Positions 38,715-47,781 of a stretch of 64,000 bases of DNA are shown piece after piece. The notes beneath the pieces were generated by a model, which saw only the letters and a list, made by a program, of their open reading frames with translations, was not told the DNA's origin and ran no database searches. Origin of the DNA: an uncultured Chloroflexia bacterium. Its GTDB lineage: Bacteria; Chloroflexota; Limnocylindria; Limnocylindrales; CSP1-4. The translations under genes were made by a program, and so were the position numbers. The stretch is from NCBI GenBank assembly GCA_963712745.1, contig CAVQJC010000017.1:352001-416000 (forward strand), written 5' to 3'. Positions within the stretch are counted from its first letter, which is position 1, and each line of letters opens with the position of its first letter.

Positions 38715-39776
38715 ATGACGCAGCCCTTCACCGACACCATCCCCGGCACCGAGGTGCAGCGGGGCATGAACAAGGACGACCTGATCGTCATCGCCGGCGC
38801 CGGCGGGTTCATCGCCGGCTCGCTCACCCGCTACTTCGCCGAGCAGGGCTACACCAACATCCGGGCTATCGACCGCAAGCCGCTGCCCGACTGGTACCTG
38901 CGCGTGCCGGGCGTCGAGTCCCTCTCAGCCGACCTCAGCGTGGAGGCCAACGCCATCGAGGCGGTCAAGGGTGCCACCGAGGTCTACAACCTTGCGGCCG
39001 ACATGGGTGGCATGGGCTTCATCGAGAACTTCCGCGTCGAATGCCTGCGCAGCATCCTCGTCAACACGCACCTGACCGAGGCCTCCTACCGCGCCGGTGT
39101 CCAGCGCTACTTCTTCAGCTCGTCGGCCTGCGCCTACAACACCGACCTGCAGAAGAACCCCGACGTCATCGCGCTCAAGGAGTCCGACGCCTACCCGGCC
39201 ATGGCCGAGCGCGGCTACGGCTGGGAGAAGCTCATCAGCGAGATGTTCTGCGAGGAGTACTGGGCGGAGCGACAGCTTGAGACGCACATCGCCCGCTTCC
39301 ACAACATCTACGGCCCCAACGGCACCTGGTTCGGCGGTCGCGAGAAGGCCCCCGCGGCGATGTGCCGCAAGGTGCTTGAGGCCCAGGACAGCGGCGACAT
39401 GCGCATCGAGATCTGGGGCGACGGCGAGCAGACCCGCTCGTTCTGCTACATCGACGACTGCCTCCACGGCATCGACCGCATCATGCACAGCCCCGAGCTC
39501 ATCGCCACGCCCATCAACCTCGGCTCCAGCGAGCTGGTCTCGATCAACAAGCTGGTCGACATCGTCGAGGACATCGCGGACGTGAAGCTCGAGCGCGAGT
39601 ACGACCTCGACGCGCCCAAGGGCGTGGCCGGGCGCAACAGCGATAACACCTTCATCCAGGAGGTCCTCGGCTGGGAGCCCAACACGCCGCTGCGCGAAGG
39701 CATGGCCGAGACCTACGCCTGGATCAGCGAGCAATTCGCCGCCCGCAAGGCCGGCAAGCGCGTGGTCGAGGGCTAG
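38715..39776 (+). CDS. GDP-mannose 3,5-epimerase-like NAD-dependent epimerase
   Basis: GAGGFI, LAADMGGMGFI, SSACAY, YGWEK, RFHNIYGP, GGREKAPAAMCRK, WGDGEQTRSF and GRNSDN are signature motifs of GME. Confidence 0.88.
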   Translation: MTQPFTDTIPGTEVQRGMNKDDLIVIAGAGGFIAGSLTRYFAEQGYTNIRAIDRKPLPDWYLRVPGVESLSADLSVEANAIEAVKGATEVYNLAADMGGMGFIENFRVECLRSILVNTHLTEASYRAGVQRYFFSSSACAYNTDLQKNPDVIALKESDAYPAMAERGYGWEKLISEMFCEEYWAERQLETHIARFHNIYGPNGTWFGGREKAPAAMCRKVLEAQDSGDMRIEIWGDGEQTRSFCYIDDCLHGIDRIMHSPELIATPINLGSSELVSINKLVDIVEDIADVKLEREYDLDAPKGVAGRNSDNTFIQEVLGWEPNTPLREGMAETYAWISEQFAARKAGKRVVEG

Positions 39777-39780
39777 CCTC

Positions 39781-40593
39781 ATGACCGCGGAAACCGCGGC
39801 CACCACTGCGCCGGCGGCCCTGCAGGAGGCGATCGGGCACTTCCCCTACCGGCTGCAGATGGCTGGCGGCTGGATCGACCAGCCCTTCGTCTCCGAGCGT
39901 CTTCCCGAACCGCCCGGCTCGATGGTGGTGGTCTCGCTCCACCCCACCACTCGTTACATGGACCGCAGCGGCATGGCCACCGGGACACGGGTCGTGGCTC
40001 GTGGTCTGTGGGGCGACGAGCTCCCGGACGATCGCCCTGCCGAGGTGCTCGTTCGCGAGCTCTACCAGGCCGAGAACGAGGGCCAGGCCGCCCCGTCGGG
40101 CTCGCAGGACATGTGCGGTCTCATCTACCCGGGCATCAGCCGGCTCGACTACGACGCCTCGGTGGAAGGTGGCTGGTTCCCGGCGCACGTCGAGTCCACC
40201 TCCGATCCCGGGGTCGTGGCCTGGTTGGAGCAGGTCATCCACCTCGTCCCGGTCGGCCCTCGCCCGGTCGGCTACGACCCCCTGGGCGTGAAGAACCTCG
40301 ACCCCGCCTGGGTCGCCCGACTGGGCCACAGCGGCCGGGCCTGCTATGAGGCCATCGTGGCCATGGACCTCGAGGCGCTGGGCGAGTCGCTCAACGAGTG
40401 CTCGCGCGCCTGGGCTGCGATCTTGCCGCAGGTCTTCGAGCACCCGGCTATCAACATCGACCTGCACGGGCTGCTCGCCGGCTATGCAGCCGCCTACCCC
40501 GGGGCCATGTACTCCGGCTGCGGCGGCGGCTACGTCATCGTCGCCTCGGACACCCCGCCGCCCGGATCGGCTCGCATCGCGGTGCGTGCGTGA
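39781..40593 (+). CDS. GHMP-kinase-like sugar kinase
   Basis: PYRLQMAGGWID, SGMATGT, SGSQD and SGCGGGY motifs. Confidence 0.75.
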   Translation: MTAETAATTAPAALQEAIGHFPYRLQMAGGWIDQPFVSERLPEPPGSMVVVSLHPTTRYMDRSGMATGTRVVARGLWGDELPDDRPAEVLVRELYQAENEGQAAPSGSQDMCGLIYPGISRLDYDASVEGGWFPAHVESTSDPGVVAWLEQVIHLVPVGPRPVGYDPLGVKNLDPAWVARLGHSGRACYEAIVAMDLEALGESLNECSRAWAAILPQVFEHPAINIDLHGLLAGYAAAYPGAMYSGCGGGYVIVASDTPPPGSARIAVRA

Positions 40594-41396
40594 CCGCGCG
40601 CGTCGTCGTCGAGCACAGCCTCGACGACCTTCGCTCGGACGACGTGCGGTTTCTGCAGGAGGCCGCGCGCCATGGGCCGGTCCACGTGCGCATCCCGGAC
40701 GACGAGCTGATGCAGGAGCTCAGCGGGGGGCTCCCCAAGTTCCCCGTGTCCGAGCGCCTCTTCCTGGCCGAGTCGCTGCGCTGGGTATCGAGCGCCGAGG
40801 CCGTGAGCCGGCCGCTTGCCGACGCGCCGGATGCGTCCATGGCCGCCGACTCCGTGCTCGTCGCGAGGGGAGAGGACTCGGTCCTCCGCACCGCGGCGGC
40901 CGCAGCGGGCGTGCCCGTCATCGCGGTGTGGCCCGATGATCGGGCGGGCTTCCCCGTCATCGAGCCCTATCCGGTCCCGTCCGGCACGCCCGGCGTCATC
41001 GTCACCGGCTGCTTCGACTGGCTCCACTCCGGACACATCCGCTTCTTCATGGACGCGGCTGCGTACGGCGCGCTCACCGTGGTGGTGGGCAGCGATCGCA
41101 ACGTGGCCCTGCTTAAGGGCGAGGGTCATCCGCTTCAGCGCGAGGAGGAGCGGCGTTACATGGTCGGCTCGACGGCACCGGTCTATCTCTGCCTGGTGTC
41201 CTCGGGCTCAGGCTGGATGGACGCCGAGCCCGAGATCGACCTCATCCGACCGACCTACTACGTCGTCAACGAGGACGGCGACCAGCCGGAGAAGCGGGAG
41301 TTCTGCCGGGCGCACGGGATCGAGTACGTGGTGCTCGAACGCGTGCCGCACGCGGGGCTGCCAGCCCGCTCGAGCACAGACCTGAGAGGCTTCTAG
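40590..41396 (+). CDS. Tandem cytidylyltransferase-family (RfaE/TagD-like) nucleotidyltransferase
   Basis: C-terminal domain GCFDWLHSGH (HxGH) with a RSST end; degenerate N-terminal copy (HSLDDLRSDD). Confidence 0.82.
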   Translation: MTARVVVEHSLDDLRSDDVRFLQEAARHGPVHVRIPDDELMQELSGGLPKFPVSERLFLAESLRWVSSAEAVSRPLADAPDASMAADSVLVARGEDSVLRTAAAAAGVPVIAVWPDDRAGFPVIEPYPVPSGTPGVIVTGCFDWLHSGHIRFFMDAAAYGALTVVVGSDRNVALLKGEGHPLQREEERRYMVGSTAPVYLCLVSSGSGWMDAEPEIDLIRPTYYVVNEDGDQPEKREFCRAHGIEYVVLERVPHAGLPARSSTDLRGF

Positions 41397-41408
41397 GAGG
41401 AGGCAGCG

Positions 41409-42407
41409 ATGCCGACCCTGACCGATGTCGCCAGGCGCGCAGGCGTCTCGCCGATGACCGTCTCGCGCGTGGTGAACGGCTCGGGCCCCGTCAGCCCCGA
41501 GTTGCGGACACGCGTGGAGCAGGCCGTGGCCGAGACGGGATACGTGCCCAACACGGTCGCACGCAACCTGCGTGTCCGCCGCACCGACACCATCGCGCTG
41601 GTGATGCCGGACATGACCAACCCCTTCTTCACGGCGCTGGCGCAGGGCGTCGAGACAGCCGCGCGTGAGGCCGGTATCTCGCTGCTGCTGGCCAACACCG
41701 ATCAACGCGAGGACGAGGAGGAGCGACTGGTGCGGGCGCTGCTGCAGCGGCAGATCGACGGCCTGCTCATCATCCCCGCAGGCTCCTGTATCGAGACCGT
41801 CCGGCTTTGCCGCGACCAGGGCGTGCCCCTGGTCGTGGTCGACCGCCGCCCGGAACGCCCTGGTGCAGACGTCGTCCGTGCCGACGCCGAGGGCGGCGCG
41901 CTCGAGCTCGGGCGACTCATGGTCGGGCTGGGCCATCGGTACGCCGCGGTCCTGACCGGCCCACCGACCGTGCCCACTGCCGTGGATCGCGCCGCCGGCT
42001 TCGCCCGAGCCTTCGAGGACGCCGGGCTGCCGGGACCGCTGGTCATCCACGGCGAGTTCACCATCGACAGCGGCCACGAGATGGCGGGCGAGGCCATGAG
42101 CGAGTCACCAAGGCCGACGGCGCTCTTCGCGGCCAACAACTTCATCGCCATCGGCGTGCAGCACGGCCTGGAGGAGCTCGGCCTGCGTGTGCCGGAGGAC
42201 GTGGCTCTGGTGGGCATGGACGACCTGCCCAGCGCGATGGTCACGTTCCCGTTCCTGACCGTGGTAGCCCAGCCGGCCGTCGAGATGGGCCGACGTGCCG
42301 TGGGTCTCCTGCTCGATCGCCTGGCCCATCCCGATCGCCCGGCCGACGAGGTGGTACTCCCGACGGAGCTCGTCATCCGTCGCTCCAGCGGCGGACGCAT
42401 CGCTTGA
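41409..42407 (+). CDS. LacI family transcriptional regulator
   Basis: TLTDVARRAGVSPMTVSRVVN, YVPNTVARNL. Confidence 0.95.
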   Translation: MPTLTDVARRAGVSPMTVSRVVNGSGPVSPELRTRVEQAVAETGYVPNTVARNLRVRRTDTIALVMPDMTNPFFTALAQGVETAAREAGISLLLANTDQREDEEERLVRALLQRQIDGLLIIPAGSCIETVRLCRDQGVPLVVVDRRPERPGADVVRADAEGGALELGRLMVGLGHRYAAVLTGPPTVPTAVDRAAGFARAFEDAGLPGPLVIHGEFTIDSGHEMAGEAMSESPRPTALFAANNFIAIGVQHGLEELGLRVPEDVALVGMDDLPSAMVTFPFLTVVAQPAVEMGRRAVGLLLDRLAHPDRPADEVVLPTELVIRRSSGGRIA

Positions 42408-42436
42408 CCGGCCCGACCCGTCAGACTGGTCGGAGC

Positions 42437-43657
42437 ATGACCCCGCGAACCGGCTACGTGACCCACCTCGAGGCCGCCATCGACGGCACCGTGCTGCCCG
42501 CGGGCAGCATCCAGACCACCCACCAGGGCCGGCCACTGTGGGTGCGCTACGACCTCGAAGCGCTGCGAGCGACGGTCGACCGCGACGCCTGGCGCGAGCG
42601 GCCGGCCGGGATGTGGCGCTACGCCGAGCTGCTGCCGTTGGCCGATCAGGACCATCGGGTCTCGCTGGGTGAGACGACGACGCCCCTGCTCGAAGCGCCA
42701 CACCTGGCCGCGCACCTTGGGCTGCGCGACCTGCTCATCAAGGACGAGTCGCGCCTGCCCACCGGCTCCTTCAAGGCGCGGGGCATGGCCGTGGCGGTCT
42801 CGATGGCGCGCGCGCTGGGCATCGAGCGCCTGGCCGCGCCCACTGCCGGCAACGCCGGGGGAGCCCTTGCCGCGTACGCCGCCCGTGCCGGCATGGAGGC
42901 ATACGTGTTCATGCCTGCCGACACGCCCATGGTCAACCGCTACGAGGCGGCCCTCTACGGCGCCCACGCCTACCTCGTCGACGGCTTCATCAACGACTGC
43001 GGAGCCATCGTTCGCGACGGCGTCGAGCCGATGGGCTGGTTCGACATGAGCACGCTCAAGGAGCCGTATCGCATCGAGGGCAAGAAGACGATGGGCCTGG
43101 AGCTGGCCGACCAGCTCGACTGGCGACTGCCCGACGTCGTGCTCTATCCCACCGGCGGCGGCACCGGGCTCATCGGCATGTGGAAGGCCTTTGCCGAGCT
43201 CGACGCGCTGGGCTGGCTTGACGCGCCGAAGAGGCCGCGGCTCCTCTCGGTCCAGTCGGACGGCTGCTCGCCCATCGCAGATGCCTGGGCGGCCGGCGAG
43301 CGATTTGCCGCACCGGCCATCGACCCCCAGACGGTCGCGAGCGGGATCCGCGTTCCCGTCGCTGTCGGCGACTTCATGATCCTCGATGCCGTACGCGAGT
43401 CGGGTGGTGCCGCGCTCACGGCGGAGGAGGGGAGGCTGGTCGAGTGGATGCGCCTGGCCAACCGGCTCGAGGGCATCGCGCTCTGCCCGGAGGCCGCCGC
43501 CTGCGTGGGCGTGCTCGAGGGGCTCGTCCGCAGCGGCCAGGTCGACCCCGACGAGCAGGTCGTCATCTTCAACACGGGTGCGGCCCAGAAGTACGTCGAG
43601 GCCATGTCCGCCGAACTCCCCACGGTGGAATCGCCGGTGGACTACCAGGCGCTCTGA
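42437..43657 (+). CDS. thrC: Threonine synthase
   Basis: LGETTTPL, PTGSFKARG (PLP lysine), TAGNAG, YRIEGKKT, PTGGGTG. Confidence 0.85.
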   Translation: MTPRTGYVTHLEAAIDGTVLPAGSIQTTHQGRPLWVRYDLEALRATVDRDAWRERPAGMWRYAELLPLADQDHRVSLGETTTPLLEAPHLAAHLGLRDLLIKDESRLPTGSFKARGMAVAVSMARALGIERLAAPTAGNAGGALAAYAARAGMEAYVFMPADTPMVNRYEAALYGAHAYLVDGFINDCGAIVRDGVEPMGWFDMSTLKEPYRIEGKKTMGLELADQLDWRLPDVVLYPTGGGTGLIGMWKAFAELDALGWLDAPKRPRLLSVQSDGCSPIADAWAAGERFAAPAIDPQTVASGIRVPVAVGDFMILDAVRESGGAALTAEEGRLVEWMRLANRLEGIALCPEAAACVGVLEGLVRSGQVDPDEQVVIFNTGAAQKYVEAMSAELPTVESPVDYQAL

Positions 43658-43666
43658 GCGCGAACG

Positions 43667-44164
43667 CTAGCCTGAGCGGCCCACGCGCTCGGGATGCCAG
43701 AAACCCTGGTGCACCACGGCTGCCTCCGGCAGGTCAGCGGGTCCCTCGACCGCGATCACCCGCTGGCCGGCGGCCAGCACGGTCCGCGCGGGCAGATGCA
43801 TGGTGGGATTCTCGGCGTCGGCCCCGGTGAGGGCCCCGAGCTGCGCTTCGGCAAGGGCATAGACGACGCGCCCGATGCCGCTCCAGTAGATGGCTCCGGA
43901 GCACATCGCGCAGGGCTCGGTGCTGCTGTAGAGCGTGGTCGGGGCCAGCTCGGCCTCGGTGAACGAGCGAGAGGCCAGGCGCACCAGGTTGAGCTCCGCG
44001 TGCGCGGTGACGTCGCGGTCGACGGTGACGGTGTTGCCGGCTTCGAGCAGGACGTCGCCGCTGGCGTTGGCGAGAACGGCTCCGAAGGGATGGTTGCCGA
44101 CCTCGCGGGCCCGGCGCGCCACGTCGATGGCCAGCCGCAGCAGGCGCAGGTCGGTCTCGGTCAT
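43667..44164 (-). CDS. Nucleoside/nucleobase deaminase (TadA/guanine deaminase-like)
   Basis: HAE and EPCAMC zinc motifs. Confidence 0.9.
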   Translation of the reverse strand: MTETDLRLLRLAIDVARRAREVGNHPFGAVLANASGDVLLEAGNTVTVDRDVTAHAELNLVRLASRSFTEAELAPTTLYSSTEPCAMCSGAIYWSGIGRVVYALAEAQLGALTGADAENPTMHLPARTVLAAGQRVIAVEGPADLPEAAVVHQGFWHPERVGRSG

Positions 44165-45042
44165 GCCGGCCCTTTCCAGACGCGCTCGGGCCGTTCGGTC
44201 AGGCCCAGCTCCTCGAGCACGTCGATGATCTCGTAGTCGGAGCGGTACCAGGCGCGGATATTGGCCGAACCGGTCTCCGACAGGTCGGTGGGCGTGTCGT
44301 CCGGAGCGCGATTCGCGCTCCGGGGGTCGGCCGGCAGCCGGCAACGATCGGGCAGCCCGATGAGCGCGCGCAGCCGCTCGAAATCATCACTGAGCGTCTC
44401 CTGCCAGCCGACCAGCAGGATCTGGCCTCGCCGCTTTCGCAGTAAAGCGGGCGAGCCGAGCCAGACCGCGAAGGTCGTGCGCACGTGGCGGATGTCGTGC
44501 ATCGCGGCAACAGCTGCGCGTCGTTCGGCCGCGTCGTCCGATGACAGGGCCACCGCCAGCTTGTCGGGCGTGTCGAAGCGCCGGAAGGCTATTCGCTCCT
44601 TCTTCGACCAGGGCGAATCGTGGCGCGGCTTGCCCTGTCGCAACCGGGACATGAAGCCCGACACGTAGCGACCGACCGGGTCGCGCAGCACGAAGACCAC
44701 GTCATCCCGCGGCGGGATGCGCCGGAGGTCGATGTGGTGCGAATGGGTCAGGATGCGCGTGCCGGGCGCCACATCCTGGTAGACGCTGCGGACGCCACGG
44801 ATGTCACCACGGATGGCGTCCTTCACGGCCGAGCCGCCGGTCTTGCCGATGTGGATGATGTGGATCACTCGCTGACGCCGCAGCCGGCCCTCGATCGACT
44901 GGATCCACGGCTTCAGCAGGCGCTTGCGCATGCGCAGCCACTGCCGCAGTCGCCGCAGTCGTCGCTTCACGGGTTGGCTGATCTGGTCGTTCGCACGGTC
45001 GCCCGATTCTAGTGCTGCGCGCGTCAGCGGCGGTCCTGCCAT
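44161..45042 (-). CDS. Sulfotransferase-family protein
   Basis: HIGKTGGSAV (PAPS 5'-PSB-like) and LRDPVGRYVS (3'-PB-like). Start uncertain (alternative 44931). Confidence 0.7.
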   Translation of the reverse strand: MAGPPLTRAALESGDRANDQISQPVKRRLRRLRQWLRMRKRLLKPWIQSIEGRLRRQRVIHIIHIGKTGGSAVKDAIRGDIRGVRSVYQDVAPGTRILTHSHHIDLRRIPPRDDVVFVLRDPVGRYVSGFMSRLRQGKPRHDSPWSKKERIAFRRFDTPDKLAVALSSDDAAERRAAVAAMHDIRHVRTTFAVWLGSPALLRKRRGQILLVGWQETLSDDFERLRALIGLPDRCRLPADPRSANRAPDDTPTDLSETGSANIRAWYRSDYEIIDVLEELGLTERPERVWKGPA

Positions 45043-45064
45043 GCTTCGAAGGCAAGGAGGGGAC

Positions 45065-45871
45065 ATGCCGACACGATCCATCGAGCTCATCCGACACCCG
45101 TTGCGGGTCCGTACGCTCGAGGTTCGTACCGTCAAGCACCCTGGCCCGCTGTACGGCCTCATCACGCTCAGCGGTGACGACCTTGCCGACTTCGAGACGC
45201 CCAGCCCGACAGACCACGTCGGGGTGATCCCGCCGCTGCCCTCGGGCGAGCTCGTGTTGCCGGAGGTGGCCGACGGGCGGCTGCGCTGGCCGGCCGGGGA
45301 GCGGCCGCCGATGCGCGAGTACACCGTGCGGCGTTTCGACCGCGAGGCGCGCGAGCTGGACGTGCGCATCCTGCTCCACGGCAACGGCCCCCTCGCCCGC
45401 TGGGCAGCCCAGGCCGCGCCCGGCGACAGGGTCGGGGTGGTGGGGCCGCGCGTGTCGAAGGTCATGCCCGGGGGCTTCGCCAACTACCTGCTGGTGGGCG
45501 ATCTCACGGCCGTCCCGGCCATCGCGCGCTGGCTGAGCGTGCTGCCCGGGGGCGCGATGGCCCAGGTACTCATCGCCGCGCGCTCCGAGGAGGACGTCGT
45601 CGAGCTCAAGTGCGCCGAGCCCATCTCCGTGCTCTGGCTGACCGAGGCGCTGATGCCGGAGGCCGACTGGCTGCCACCCGCGGTCGCCGCCACGAGCCTC
45701 CACTCGCGCGACACGTTCGCCTGGGCTGCCGGCGAGGCCGTGGCCATGCGCGAGGTGCGCCGGGTCCTGCTCGAGCAGCACGGCTTGCCCTCGGAGAACG
45801 TCAAGGTCACCGGCTACTGGCGCCGGGACGAACCGGACTTCGACTACGACGCCCCGCTCGTCGCAGGATGA
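45065..45871 (+). CDS. Siderophore-interacting protein (ViuB/YqjH family)
   Basis: MREYTVRRFD, LLVGDLTAVPAI, WAAGEA, GYWR. Confidence 0.9.
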   Translation: MPTRSIELIRHPLRVRTLEVRTVKHPGPLYGLITLSGDDLADFETPSPTDHVGVIPPLPSGELVLPEVADGRLRWPAGERPPMREYTVRRFDREARELDVRILLHGNGPLARWAAQAAPGDRVGVVGPRVSKVMPGGFANYLLVGDLTAVPAIARWLSVLPGGAMAQVLIAARSEEDVVELKCAEPISVLWLTEALMPEADWLPPAVAATSLHSRDTFAWAAGEAVAMREVRRVLLEQHGLPSENVKVTGYWRRDEPDFDYDAPLVAG

Positions 45872-45881
45872 CCCAGGGCCG

Positions 45882-47030
45882 CTATCCGGGCGCCGACACG
45901 CGGTAGATGATGCCGGCCTTGTCGTCCGAGACGTAGAGCGCGCCGTCCGCGCCGACGATGACGCCGGCTGGACGGCCAGTGGCATCGCCGGTCTCGCGGT
46001 CGAGGAAGCCGCCCACCAGGACCTCTGGCGGGCCGCTGGGACCGTCGTCCCAGGGCAACCACAACACCTCGTAGCCGACCTTCTCGGATCGGTTCCAGGA
46101 GCCGTGGAAGGCGATGACCGCGCCGTCTTGCCAGAAGGTGATGCCCAGCGGGGCCGCGTGCGCCTGGAACGTCGCCACGGGCGGCGTCACGCCGTCGCAG
46201 CCGACCAGACCATTGTCGGGATCGGGTTCGTCCCCGAGGTCGGGGTCGACGATGTCGCCCGCGTGGCATCGCGGCCAGCCGGCGTGGGCCCCGTCAACGA
46301 GCCGATAGAGCGTCTCAGGCGGGATGTCGTCGCCCATGAGGTCGCGGCCATTGTTCGTGGCCCACGCCTCGCCGGTGGCAGGATCGACGGCCACGCCGAC
46401 CGCGTTGCGCAGGCCGCGCATCAGGACACGCCATGTCCCACCGTCCGCCGGAGCGGTGATGACGCTGGCGCGCTCCTCGTCCTCCTCCCAGCATACGTTG
46501 CAGGTGGAGCCGACGCTGACGAGCAACGAGCCGTCGGGCATGACGGCGACCGTGCGCGTCGAGTGTCCGCCACCACCCGAGTACTCGAGCATGGTCTCCC
46601 TGGCCTGCTCGTGCAGGTCTTCATCGAGCTCGACCCCGAAGAGCGAGCCGCTGCCGGCCACCAGCAGCCTGCCGTCGTCGGCGAAAGCCAGCGAGTGGGC
46701 CGAGTCGTAGCCCTCGCCCACCAGGATGTGCTCGTCAGCGGCGCCGTCGCCATCGCGGTCTGGCAGGGCCACCACCCGGTCCGCGCCCTGCTCAGCCACG
46801 AACAGGGTGCCATCGTCGGCCAGCGCCATGAAGCGCGGATGAGCGAGCCCGCTCGCGAACACGCTGGAACGGTAGTCATCCGGCAGCACGAGCTCGGTCT
46901 CGCCCGGCAGACCGCGGTCGAAGCTCAGGCCCATGGCCTGCAGGATGGGCTCGCGGAACGTCCACGCTCCCACCATCAGGAAGCTGATGACGAAGACCGC
47001 GAACAGCCCCAGGCGGATGATCCGTTTCAT
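45882..47030 (-). CDS. PQQ-dependent sugar/sorbosone dehydrogenase family
   Basis: GSTCNVC, GLRNAVG, HAAPLG, HGSWNRS, GRPAGV..DGALYVSDD. Confidence 0.88.
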   Translation of the reverse strand: MKRIIRLGLFAVFVISFLMVGAWTFREPILQAMGLSFDRGLPGETELVLPDDYRSSVFASGLAHPRFMALADDGTLFVAEQGADRVVALPDRDGDGAADEHILVGEGYDSAHSLAFADDGRLLVAGSGSLFGVELDEDLHEQARETMLEYSGGGGHSTRTVAVMPDGSLLVSVGSTCNVCWEEDEERASVITAPADGGTWRVLMRGLRNAVGVAVDPATGEAWATNNGRDLMGDDIPPETLYRLVDGAHAGWPRCHAGDIVDPDLGDEPDPDNGLVGCDGVTPPVATFQAHAAPLGITFWQDGAVIAFHGSWNRSEKVGYEVLWLPWDDGPSGPPEVLVGGFLDRETGDATGRPAGVIVGADGALYVSDDKAGIIYRVSAPG

Positions 47031-47055
47031 GTCACCTCCCGCGGCCGTCGCTGCC

Positions 47056-47379
47056 TTAGCCACCCCGCTTCAGCAGCGTCAGGAGAAGCACCAGTGGTGT
47101 CTGGGCCACCACGCTGTGGGGAGTGTTGGCAGGCATGTGGATCCACGTGCCCGGCCCTCCCTCGACGGTCTCGTCGTCCAGGGTGATGGTGGCATGGCCC
47201 TCGACCACTTCCAGTGTCACCGGCACCGGCGCGGTGTGATCCGACAGCTGCTGACCGGTCGCGAAGGAGAAGTGTACGACGCGGACGTCGTCGTCATTGT
47301 AGATAGCGCGGCTAACGATACCGTCGGCCGGCGTTTCCACCGGCGATCTCAGGTCGACGATGGTGCAGTCGGAACTCAT
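47056..47379 (-). CDS. Cupin domain protein
   Basis: GQQLSDHTAP...MPANTPHSV. Confidence 0.88.
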   Translation of the reverse strand: MSSDCTIVDLRSPVETPADGIVSRAIYNDDDVRVVHFSFATGQQLSDHTAPVPVTLEVVEGHATITLDDETVEGGPGTWIHMPANTPHSVVAQTPLVLLLTLLKRGG

Positions 47380-47409
47380 GGTCCTCTCCTGTCTGGCGGG
47401 CTGTCCCTC

Positions 47410-47742
47410 GAAGCCCTAGCTCCTTCACGAACCAGTGTCTGGCGAACGGTTCGTCGTTGAACCGAGGGAACTCGCGGTAGCCATGACCACGGTACATGGC
47501 CAGGGCAGGGGTCAGCTGATGCCAGGGTCGAGCAGCTTGAGCGCGCCACAACCGACCGGGCCAACGTCGTCACGGAAGACGAGCACGAGCCCGAGGCGGC
47601 GGGTGAGCTCATCGAGACCCAGTGGCAGCGCCTCATCGACGACGTATCCGAAGCGCTCGCCGAGCTCGGTGCAATACCGCTCGACGCAGCACAGAACGTC
47701 TTCGCTGTCGGCGGGCTCCTCGCTGGTCACGTAGTCGGCCAT
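47410..47742 (-). pseudogene. GNAT acetyltransferase remnant with internal deletion/frameshift
   Basis: RYCTELGERF...PVGCGALK, then in a shifted frame AMYRGHGYREFPRFNDEPFARHWFVK. The acetyl-CoA motif A is missing. Confidence 0.7.
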
Positions 47743-47781
47743 GCGACGATGAGCAACGCCTCATCGCCGTACCATCGGCGG

